The position numbers and the translations under genes were made by a program. Shown in pieces: positions 1-11,214 of a DNA stretch of 64,000 nucleotides; positions within the stretch are counted from its first letter, which is position 1; every line of letters begins with the position of its first letter. The stretch is from positions 1,028,903 through 1,092,902 of the forward strand of contig RDEW01000005.1 in assembly GCA_011109175.1 (NCBI GenBank), in the 5' to 3' direction. Source of the stretch: Dicyema japonicum. Its lineage: Eukaryota; Animalia; Dicyemida. The notes below the pieces were generated by a model. That model was not told the DNA's origin. It saw nothing but the letters and a program-made list of their open reading frames with translations, and did no database searches.

Positions 1-791
1 CTGAAGCACGGAGTTTTTATGGCTTACAAATCGCTGTAGAAAATATTCATTCCGAGATGTACTCGCTTCTTATTGACACGTATATCTCTGACTTCCAGGA
101 AAAGTTGTCACTGTTATGACATTAATAGGGACAAGATGTTTTCCGCCATTGAAACGATGCCTTTTGTTAAAAAGAAAGCGGATTGGGCTATAAGGTGGAT
201 CGAAAGCACTGAGAGTCATTTCTCTGAGCGTCTTGTTGCCTTTGCTGCTGTCGAGGGGATATTTTTTTCTGGTTCATTCGCTTCAATTTTTTGGCTTAAA
301 AAACGGGGAGTTATGCCTGGATTGACCTACAGTAATGAACTTATTAGTCGAGATGAGGTATTCCAGTTCTAATTGCCTCTTAGGGACTGCACACTGATTT
401 TGCATGCCTTCTTTATCACCATCTTAAGAAAAAACTCCCACGTGATCGAATCCTTCAAATTATAACGGAAGCCGTTGTTTTGGAGAAAGAATTCCTCACA
501 GAAGCTCTTCCAGTAGCATTAATCGGAATGAACGTCAACCTGATGTCTCAGTATATCGAGTTTGTTGCTGATCGACTCATTATCGAGTTGGGGTATGATA
601 AGGTTGTTTTATTAGTTTGATATGATTAGCACTACTACGCCCAAAACCCATTCGATTTCATGGAAAATATCTCACTTTCTGGAAAAACTAACTTTTTTGA
701 GAAAAGAGTCGGGGAATATCAGAGAATGGGGGTAATGGGGAAAGCTGTCGAGTCTGATTCCCATATATTTACCACCGATGTCGACTTTTAG
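1..791 (+). CDS. RRM2: Ribonucleotide reductase small subunit (R2), 5' part outside the window; introns 104-128, 358-383, 603-629
   Basis: Spliced translation gives [65 protein letters not shown] and [26 protein letters not shown], ending at TAG 789-791. Three GT-AG introns of 25, 26 and 27 nt restore the frame. Confidence 0.96.
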
Positions 792-939
792 TTAGTTATA
801 TGGTTTCCTGATTTCCTATATGCTTTTTGGTTATTTTTTCTCGTTTATTTATTATCATTAACTATTCACTATAATATATCTTGGGCCTCGAGTAGTTCGC
901 ACAAGTTCTAACAGGTCTCAGTCCTGAGACTGATTTAAT

Positions 940-1200
940 TTATTAACCACGGAACCACAAAAGATAAGAGTATCTCAAAATGATCCCATACCAAGCGTTT
1001 TTTTGTGGTTGGTTCCATAATCCTGGGCTAATCTCCACAAAGGGGAAGGTTTCTTTTTGTATCCTGGGCAGGCTTTCAGATATAATTTGTCTACCACCCC
1101 CAAGGGATGTTCAGTAGACTAGACTGTTTTGAGGAAGCCTAAGCGGAGTTCCGTGAGCTTCCAAGACTTAGTTATCTGATGTTCTATTAAACACGCATTA
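940..1200 (-). mobile_element. Decayed 3' fragment of an unclassified LINE-like family (called GSGF family here)
   Basis: 3' tail (GTGGTTCCGTGGTTAATAAAT on the minus strand) resembles tails at about 6055, 7630, 34610 and 59745. Confidence 0.35.
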
Positions 1201-1517
1201 GAAGACTAGGGTGACTTATTTTGACTTTTTATTCTCTAAACAGAACTGTAAATGAATTTCCCTTACAATTTGTAAAAAATGCACTTAAAAAGACAAATCC
1301 CTTCTCTCGCATATCCCCCTTCCACCTCACGATAAGCGATCCAATACAGTTTAACACTACTTCCATTGACTCTCGACGTTCATAAATGAACTGTCCACCG
1401 AGACTTTGTATTTTTTGAGAATCTCTGTTGTGAAATAAGCTCCTCTATGTCTAGAATCAGTAAGAAAATGTTGAAAAAGCCTAATAACTTATTATTTCAT
1501 TAAAAACACAAATTTAT

Positions 1518-4499
1518 TCTTTTATTTAAAACTGCCATCCATCCAAAGTGGACCCCGCCGACATTATTGACGTTGAGTTGCCTCTCACGATTGCAACAGA
1601 GATCAACTGGAGTAGCTACCGGGTCTCACGTGGGTCGTGGCTTTTTAGTGTAGCTAAGCGTCCAAGTTTCTTTTGGAAGCGAAGCGATTTTCCACTTATT
1701 CCTCCAGTTGTCTTGACCACTATCGGATGAAACGCGAATCGGTCGCGTAGCGCTTCGTATTTCTTCTCCTTTGCCCTTATCGTTTTTTCCGCGGAATACA
1801 GTGTGTCTACCGCGCTCCCGACAATGTTGACGGGCAAAGCGTGTCGATGCAAGTAGCGTCCCAGACGAAAGGTTTCCTCTTTTCGAATGGGAAAATTGTG
1901 ATATCGTCGGGACGTTTTACGTCTCCTCTGTCCAGCCAACAGGTTCTAGTATGGCTGGGTATCCCGCAGACTCCAGGGTTCGCTTGACAATTCCGTTGAT
2001 CGCCTTGTGTCTTGGGAATCATCCTGCACTCTTCGACAGGAGAGGGCGTGGTGTCCATAACAATCGACGGTTGCGCCACACGGCATTTGTGTCCAGCAAA
2101 TCTCCAGTCCAAGTCTGGTGGAGATGCCGATGCGGACAGTATCGTCGTCAAGGTGGGTCCCGACACTACCAACTGGGAGTGCATTGATCCATGCGCCACT
2201 CGATTCGCATCTTCCAGTGACTAGACAGGCACGTCTGTGTTGGTTTGATTGGTTCAGAAGCCTCTCATATTTATCCTCGCAGATGGTCCTGTAACGGTCT
2301 TTCTGCTCAGGCATCATCCCCTTCAAATGCTCCATATCTGTGATTTCAGATGATTCTGTTTGGAGTTGGAGAATCATCCTGATCAGCAGTCGGCTGGAGC
2401 CCAAAGAGGATAGATACGCAGGGCAAGCCAGATCTTTCGGTGAAGGGATTCCCAGTCCGCCCAGGCTAACGGGTAGGGTCGCTTGGTCCCACCCTTGGTC
2501 GTCAAATTTCACATTTGTGATACGTTCAATAGTAGTCCGGAAGAGGGAATCGATAGCATCGAGCTGTTGCATTTTCAAGTAGCAGAGTGCCCCCCGAAGA
2601 ACGTAGTTCAGTTTCTGTGCTGATAAGGCGTTTCTCAGGAGGAATAGGGAGGTGTGTGCGTCCAGCATCTCCAGACGTCTGAATGTTGTTTTTAGTTGAT
2701 GTTCTTTTGTTCTTAGAGTGTTACTGATTCCAGCATCAGTAAGAGGGCATCCAAGTATTTCCAGTTGTTCTGATTTGGTTTCTGTGGCTTTCGGAATGAT
2801 CTCTCTGAACATACCAAGGATCAGATCCCATTCAGACTGTGGAAATCCAAAATTGGTAACTTCACACTTATTGGTGTTTAGAGTTAGGCATAGGGATTCC
2901 AATTGTACTATCAGACTTTTCAAACAATCTAGTACATCCTTCGGATGGCCGCCCATGGTGCAATCATCCAAATACCATACTCTCAGAGGAGTGGAACAAT
3001 ATCTTGTGATACGGGCAATTCCCAGGCTGAACAAGGCAGGCCCCAGTGGGTCTCCTTGTTGGACTCCAGAAGACGATGGAATGTAATATTGACCGTGTAC
3101 CAGACTGGATGGTTTTCCGTACGAGCTATGAATATAGCTGTACACTGATGGGTAGTATGTGAAGCAATCCTCCAGAATTGTATCACGTCGTATCGAGTTA
3201 AAGGCATTTTTAATGTCAATTTTGACGATTACGTTAGGAATGTTCTCGTTCTTTTCGGTGAATGTTCGGACAGCATGAACTGTTGCTTCACAACCCCCTG
3301 GTGTGCCGACCCCTATTTGGATCGGTTGTAGCTGTGTTATCAGCGTAGGCAGGATTGCTCTGCATACAAGCTTTGAGGCCAACCGACGAAAGACCAATCC
3401 GACTGCAATAGGGCGTATTCCACCTCCCTTCTTGTCCAATGCGATTAACTTTGCGGAGAACATTACGTGTCGAATTGATTCTGGTAGTGTCCCTGATAGC
3501 ATCATGTTCATTAGTTTGGTGATGGTCAACACCAGCCAGACCCCAGAGTTGCCTGTGTTATGAGCAATGAGATATTTGAGGTGACCCGGACAGAGCCCAT
3601 CTAGTCCTCCACTGCTGCTTGGGACGAAAGAGAAATCCCATCTGTTACGTCTCTTTAGAGACAAGTAAATTGGACAATTGTCCTGGGCAAAGAGGAATTC
3701 GGTGGTCGTTGGAGAGACTTTGGTGTCGCTCAACAAGTGATGAATAGGACTGTTCAAATGGCTCAATTATAGATTGTTGATCTGCCGGGATTCTCACGGC
3801 AGCACGGATACCACCTTCCGGAAGTTTTCAACGGATCGCACTTCTTAATCTCTGAGTGTCCGAGATAGTCGATGTTGGCTTCTCATGGTTTTGGGATTTG
3901 TAGGTGAGCTTTTCTGAGTCTGCCAATAGGTTCCTTGAGAAGAATGTGTGGTCATTCTCCTTTACTAATGACGTAAGTGATTTCTCTTCTTTCCCCCTCC
4001 TATGGGGTATGCATAATTTGAATGGAGCAAGCAAAATAATCGTACCCAATCATCAGAGTCGTCCGAAGAAACTGCCCTTTCAATACACTCACATAGGCAG
4101 TCCGCGACAGATATACGGGCAGCTTTGGGGATCCTAATCAGGAGTCTTCGTGTGTGTGTCAGGTTGGAGATCAATTCAAGTATTTCCTGATGGTCTAGTG
4201 GAACATGTTCAGAAGGGTAGCGTAGGGAAGAGTTTGTCGTATTATCTGGTAGGAGACCAATCGGAAATGGCAGTCAGGACTCTGTTAGTCATTCCGGCAC
4301 AGGACATGTGAAAGCCATACGAACATGCTGTGCAATGGATCATCCGCTTTCTTTTGTTCATCATGTTGCACTTTGTGCAGATCTCATCTTCTTTTGCAGT
4401 TTTCTGATGTTCTTTTCTGATTTTCCTTTCTTATTCTCTTCTTTTCTCTTCTCTTAGCAACACAACGACAACAGACCGACACAACGTGTTTAACTTGGA
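1518..4499 (-). mobile_element. Near-full-length CRE-clade non-LTR retrotransposon (PHD - RT - CCHC/RLE), decayed, with a 10-bp TSD
   Basis: RT ORF 1946-3766 has GGIRPIAVG, KIDIKNAFN, GVQQGDPLGPALF and WYLDD. The frameshifted C-terminus has VDCYGHHALSC and KRPDDITIFPF..WDATC (RLE). PHD-type Cys/His spacing at 4257-4379. Direct repeat ACAAATTTAT at 1508-1517 and 4500-4509. Confidence 0.9.
1946..3766 (-). CDS. Reverse transcriptase ORF of the CRE-clade element (606 aa, interrupted at both ends)
   Basis: ORF track; non-LTR RT motifs including QGDPLGP and YLDD, plus LPVSLGGLGI thumb region. Confidence 0.88.
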   Translation of the reverse strand: MSHLNSPIHHLLSDTKVSPTTTEFLFAQDNCPIYLSLKRRNRWDFSFVPSSSGGLDGLCPGHLKYLIAHNTGNSGVWLVLTITKLMNMMLSGTLPESIRHVMFSAKLIALDKKGGGIRPIAVGLVFRRLASKLVCRAILPTLITQLQPIQIGVGTPGGCEATVHAVRTFTEKNENIPNVIVKIDIKNAFNSIRRDTILEDCFTYYPSVYSYIHSSYGKPSSLVHGQYYIPSSSGVQQGDPLGPALFSLGIARITRYCSTPLRVWYLDDCTMGGHPKDVLDCLKSLIVQLESLCLTLNTNKCEVTNFGFPQSEWDLILGMFREIIPKATETKSEQLEILGCPLTDAGISNTLRTKEHQLKTTFRRLEMLDAHTSLFLLRNALSAQKLNYVLRGALCYLKMQQLDAIDSLFRTTIERITNVKFDDQGWDQATLPVSLGGLGIPSPKDLACPAYLSSLGSSRLLIRMILQLQTESSEITDMEHLKGMMPEQKDRYRTICEDKYERLLNQSNQHRRACLVTGRCESSGAWINALPVGSVGTHLDDDTVRIGISTRLGLEICWTQMPCGATVDCYGHHALSCRRVQDDSQDTRRSTELSSEPWSLRDTQPY

Positions 4500-4679
4500 A
4501 CAAATTTATCTTATCGCATGCTAATTGCTTTGATATGGCTCTAAATGCTATGATGACCTTCAACTTTAGAAAGAGGTTTATTATTTTATCAAAAATCTTT
4601 TACTTTATCAGTTAACGTCAAAATTAAGCAACTTGAGTGGCCTACATGTCAAAAATATGACCTCACTAAGATTTACTTG

Positions 4680-6006
<1,327 letters not shown>

Positions 6007-6054
6007 ATTATGTTATCCTTTTTAATGAATTGTATTTTGTTATTTTGAAATGAA

Positions 6055-6400
6055 AACCGCGGTAACACCAAACTAGTAATCACCTCATCCCTGTACGCTC
6101 CAAAAGAGACTTGAGTTTGGCACGAGCCTACGTAAGTACACATCGGCCATATAACTGGTTACTCGGTTCTTACGTATTAAGGATTCTAGAGGTATTGGAG
6201 ACTGGGACTTTCCAAAAGTCCACCCTTTCGTAATCTTAGTAGCTTTTTTTGGCTAGCTTCGATTTTCATGGAATTTCTTCGAGAGATAAACGGGCCCCGG
6301 GAAGCACACGCATATGAGATGCATGGTTCCACGTGCTGCTAGATAGAGTACAACACTGGATGGTTCCCTGCCTTCCATACTCCCGCTTTTTCTATAATTT
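6055..6400 (-). mobile_element. LINE-like 3' fragment (GSGF family)
   Basis: Ends in RAKLKSLLERTGMR* plus a tail; similar to 34610-34735 and 59735-59880. Confidence 0.45.
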
Positions 6401-7069
6401 TAATCTTAACTAAATTTAATTTGTATTATCATCCATGTCTACACAGGAGATCGACGGGGACGGTCTGAGGAGGAACCGACATTTTCCAGTCGTTACAAGG
6501 ACGAACATGGTGGATTTTCTGATTCTTGGCAGAACCTGAGGAGTCCGCAGTCATTTCTTTGTATAGGCGACTCCAAAGGGAAATTTCGAGGGTAGGGTTC
6601 GTTCGGCGCCATTAAAAGCGATAATATGATCATGTGACGTGCTTGTCTTGTCAAACGTCAACGCAAGGAATAATAGCCTCCAAAAAGCGGAAGAATATAA
6701 AAATTGAATCATACAATGTGGAATCCCATTGATGGTTAACACCAATTTTTATATCTTCCTCCCAGTAGTTAACCTATTTTTCTCCCGACTAATTTTTCCG
6801 CTCTGGTTTTCGTACAAACGTGGACATCTGAAAATAGTGCACTGTTCGAATGATATACGCAAGGAATTTGACTCTGTTCCAAGAAGAATCCCACCTGGGA
6901 AGTGGAATCTCTGAAAACTTATTATTAACCCCAGGCTTTAACTCTTTGGTAAGCCCAGCACAAACAGTCATTAATTAAAAATTAAAATTATTTCCAAAGA
7001 TCAAGAGCAACCAAACTAACTAACTCCTCGATCCTGACTCGCTCTAGCATTCCAGAACTTGTCACGACG

Positions 7070-7175
7070 TTGTCCCTGGGGAAGAATTGTTGGATCCTCT
7101 TGATGCCGGCTAGGCATTGGGCGCCTCCTCAGTAAGGTGGATCCAGTGACGCCATCGAAGGAAGGAAAATAATTC
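7070..7175 (-). repeat. SINE family 1 internal fragment
   Basis: Matches the body GGCGTCA..GATCCACC..GGCGCCCA.TGCC.GCCGGCA seen at 22400, 34900 and 59440. Confidence 0.6.
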
Positions 7176-7624
7176 TGACAAACTATCCACGTAGCACCTC
7201 ATGGCACCACGTGTTATTAGCACATTATAAAAGCCCAGCAGAAACAGTCATAACTAATAATCCAAGGAAGGAACCAAAAAAAACACCTGTTTTGTGCCGA
7301 TCAAATCCATCTTACAATATTCCATTACAGCTTCCGCTCCCGAAGAGATGTGGAAAAGTAGATCGCCTTTTTTCGTTTTCGTCGACATCCTTCCATCACG
7401 GACATCACTTCATTTTTTAGCGGAATAGTTTTCATAATGTAATCTTCACCAAAAGATTTGGTCAAGGAGAATATACATTCAATGGAGGTCTCTAATTTTT
7501 CATAAAAAACAGATTATATTTATTAAATAAATGAATTTAAACGATATTATTTTTATTGACAAAAATTTTTAAAATTTCTAAAAAAAATATTTAAAGTGAT
7601 AGAACTGAATTTGAAAAAAAAACC

Positions 7625-8130
7625 AATTAATTATTTATTTAAGTACCACGAAAAGGAAACACCAGGAAAAAGGAGAAACCAACTAATTAAGTGATCCCGG
7701 TACACCTCAAAAGGATCGAGAGTTTTTTCTTGTGTTCCTCCAGAGTATCGCCACGGCTTTCCGTGTACCAACGACGATCACTTTCATTAGAGTTTGAAGA
7801 GGGGTTGGTTTTATTCCAATTTACGTGTATTTGAGGCCTCTAGTCTTGAATGGAAAAACGATCGTTTCGTGACACACAGACCCTATGAAACCGGAACCGT
7901 TATTTTCGATTGAGGTGTGGTCAAGCATTGGGGGGGGAAGATCGGCAGGTAGATTTGTTAGACGTACCAATTTGACTGTCAGGGAATTGATCTTGTACAA
8001 GTTTGATATTGAAACTTCATATGCCCATGAAGCACAATTAATTATAAAATTTAGCTGAATTTGATCATCAAAAATTGGTATCATGATGTTAAAAATGTGT
8101 AAATCAAAAGATTGTATATGGATCATATTA
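7625..8130 (-). mobile_element. LINE-like 3' fragment (GSGF family)
   Basis: NNGSGFIGSVC motif, C-terminus KKLSILLRCTGIT*, then a (TAAA)n tail. Confidence 0.5.
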
Positions 8131-8936
8131 AATCTGAAGGAAAAAAAGAAACTACGTTAAAGAGATACTACTTTAAGCTGTCTAATCTGGAGACTGTTTT
8201 GTTTGAACTACTTGCCAAGTAAACTATTTGATAGCTTCTCTCTATAAAGGAGATAGGTTGGGGTTTGCTGACTACTAATGCAGGCAACTTTCTACAAGAT
8301 CCCAGTGAAACCATTCTTTCTATGGTACGCGATACTAGTGTCTTTCCCGATCCTCTCTTATTCGATGCAGACTTTTCAGACTACTGAGGATTTGTACATA
8401 AGCAGTACAGACATCCTCCGATTTAGTTTGACCATCTAACTGTCGAATCAGAAATTATTTATTAATCATTATGATTCCCATTTCTTATCTCCACTGCCTC
8501 ATAATGATTTATGAGTGTTGTTTTTTCGATTGAACTTCTCTAAGAGGTTGTAAGGAAAATAATCACCACCATTTTGACTACTCCAAGACCACCAAGAAAA
8601 ATGTTAGAAACAACTAATTAAATGATACCATCAACCAATAACTTTCCACGAGTGATTTCAAACATCCCAACTGTATAGCCCTTATGAATGCTTACAGAAG
8701 AACTCGATCGGGAATGTCCTCATTTAGCAACGATCAAAATTCCTCTGTTTGATCACCCAATAGATTTCCTGGTTTTGTATAAAAAAACGCAGGAAACCAC
8801 CACCATGATTCCACCAAAAAGTGACATTTATTAACTAGGACAGTGTCTTCCGAACCTAAGTGTCTTAAAATTAAGAAAAAACTATTAAACTCAAAATGAT
8901 ACTAAGGAATACATTTATTCAAAGAAAGAAATCAAT

Positions 8937-9842
8937 TTACCAACCAAATGTCCGATTTAATGAGGATCTAAAGAAATTTTCCCAAAAATTAATAGTATGA
9001 TCGTAATAACTGGCAGGGATTCCCTCATGGCGAATATTCAATTGGATAAACGCAATGAAATCTTCGACAGTCAAAAACACAGTAGAAAAGTACCCATCAG
9101 CCCAATCTCCAGATCGCCACATAAGCTTAATGTCGTTCTGATTCACATGTTCCAAAATCCATGATAAACTTCCACCAAAAAAATCAACCCTCGTTCCATT
9201 AAACTGGGCACTCCCGCTTGAAAAGGCAGACAACATCTACACAGAACAAAGAAACCATGTTACCTGATTGTTCGTGAAAAATGAGATAAAGTCAGCAGGG
9301 GAGCAACGAAATTCTATTTTTCCTTCATAAACAACTGTATCACCAACAGTCGAGATTTTTGAATTTTTCCGTAATTAATTTTGTTTCCCTCTCATCGTAG
9401 AAATCGGTTCTGAATTTTTTATCATATTCATTGAGTTTTTGGATAATCAAAGTCTTCATCCCTCCCCTTCAAGCAACTCGATAAGTTCTTTGCATTTTCC
9501 ATTACATCCAGCAGTAAACTAAGGTTTAAAAATCAAAATACGGTAATATTATCTGATTCATCAGTTGATAAATTATTGATATTGAGAGTTCCGTTAAATC
9601 CTTTCCGTCGAAGGAACCTAGTATAATTATAAATCCCAAACCTGTCCAAGCAGCAGAAATATCCCAATTATAGTAGAATTTTGTTTTACCTTTACGCTCG
9701 TGATAAAAGCCACTCCATTCATTAGTGTAACATCGGTCAGTTTACATTTTATTGAATTATCATCATAACTGACTTGAATTAAATTATCTCTGAAAAAATT
9801 TTTTGACCAATGAACACCATTCTTCTCGTCCCACGCAGTCAT
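8937..9842 (-). CDS. AHSA1: Activator of Hsp90 ATPase (AHA1); three micro-introns; four apparent single-base deletions
   Basis: N-domain WDEKNGVHWSK...KCKLTDV...RKGKTKFYYNWDISAAWTG and GTLNINNLS. C-terminal SRPBCC domain FRCSPADF..F..Q.MLSAF...MWRSGDWADGYFSTVFL...EGIP...W..FF.SSLNRTFGW aligns by eye to AHSA1. Confidence 0.85.
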
Positions 9843-9954
9843 GCACGTTACTAACAAATCTAGAATATTCTATTTTTATATTATTATTATTTTAAAAAAA
9901 TAGTGATTATTTTGACGATTTATTTAATTATTATTTAATAATTTTGTCGACTGA

Positions 9955-10195
9955 AACCCGCTTAGCCTGTTTTTTTCCAAGGCAAAAGAAAGTCGATTGG
10001 TTAGGAAGTTCCCTTCTCCAATCGGATTCTTCTGCAGGGATGAGAGAAGGCTCTTTCGCACGGTTGTGAGATCAATGGGAGACCACAGACGTTGTATTGC
10101 TCGTTTAATTGCGGGAACTGGGATTACTTAACTGTCTGACGTTCTTCTGTTTTTCTTTCTTGGTGATCCCGGGGTTCTAAATAAATAACAAATAT
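9955..10195 (+). mobile_element. LINE-like 3' fragment (GSGF family)
   Basis: Highly similar to 33890-34205 and 39985-40270; ends IAGTGIT* and TAAATAAATAA. Confidence 0.7.
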
Positions 10196-10199
10196 ACAC

Positions 10200-10340
10200 T
10201 ACAATCCGGCATTGCTGATTGAGTGGTTGACACCCCTCTAATCATGTTAGTCTCCATCGTACTCTCGTTTGACAGCAGCGAAAATCGAACCTGTAACCTA
10301 AGTCACTCTAGCCCGACACCTAACCACTATGCTAGCGTGT
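10200..10340 (-). repeat. tRNA-derived SINE head
   Basis: Minus strand TAGCATAGTGGTTAGG (A box) and GGTTCGATT (B box) without a closing acceptor stem. Confidence 0.55.
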
Positions 10341-11214
10341 TTATGAAAGGTGAATTTTAAAATGGATGTATGCCATGGAAATGATCTGCTAATACTATCA
10401 CATCCGACTGCCGTCACTATCGAATCGTAGTGCATCTATCAATTGCTCAAAGTATGGAGAGTTACTGACCGAATCGATATCATTCAATTGATATTGGATA
10501 ACGTAAAAAGAATCGATTATGTCTGTCATTAATGTCTTGCTCACAGGAAGATTAACAACTTCGATTTTTATTTGAGTCTACCCGAAATTTATTCTCAACT
10601 CTGTTCATGCAGATTAATTTTTGTCGCATGAGACTGAGCAGGAATTAGACAAAGTGGTGAAAACTGCATTGGAAACCACGGGAGAGACTCTCGTAACTCA
10701 TTTGGTAACTGTCTGATAGACTTGTGCAAATCCTACGACTTTTCAGTATGCTGGTAGACACAAAACTGCATGGGTTGGCGGCAAAAAAATTAAAGAAGGA
10801 AGAGGAAATAAATATGTATAACAAAATTGACTATATTTTATGTAAACAGACGTTTAAAAAACTACTAATGAACTCCCGTTCATAAGGAGGAACATTGAAA
10901 AATAGAGATTGCAAGATTTTGTAGTCAGTAATATCCTGTGAGAACCATGCTAGGCTAGAAAGAATACAGAAGATTGCGGCTGATGAACTGGCAAATAATG
11001 CTGCTCTCTTCAAAAAATATCAGATAAAAATTGTGAATATTTATCTAAGTCTCTAGATGATAAACCTCATATCATGTAGGAGAGAATCGTTCGGGCGCCA
11101 AAGAAACGGTCGGAAATGGTCAGTGAACTGTCCATCCGCCAACGAGACATTAGGCTAAAGTCGAAGCCTGCAGTCCTGAAAGAAAAGCTGAACTTTTTTT
11201 TTCATAATAAAAAG

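Noticed and set aside
2340-3563. Multiple plus-strand ORFs over the CRE RT (and at 11560-13306)
   Set aside because: Antisense shadows of the retrotransposon coding strand with no recognisable domains.
7640-8126. Aerolysin/ETX-like pore-forming toxin (…IKPTPLQTLMKVIVVGTRK…)
   Set aside because: There is an in-frame stop, no Ser/Thr-rich hairpin, and the region matches the GSGF LINE-like 3' family with its TAAA tail.
8640-8800. Beta/gamma-crystallin-like motif (DRVSSVSIHKGYTVGMFE)
   Set aside because: It appears only after assuming a frameshift and reading through a stop; too weak to support.
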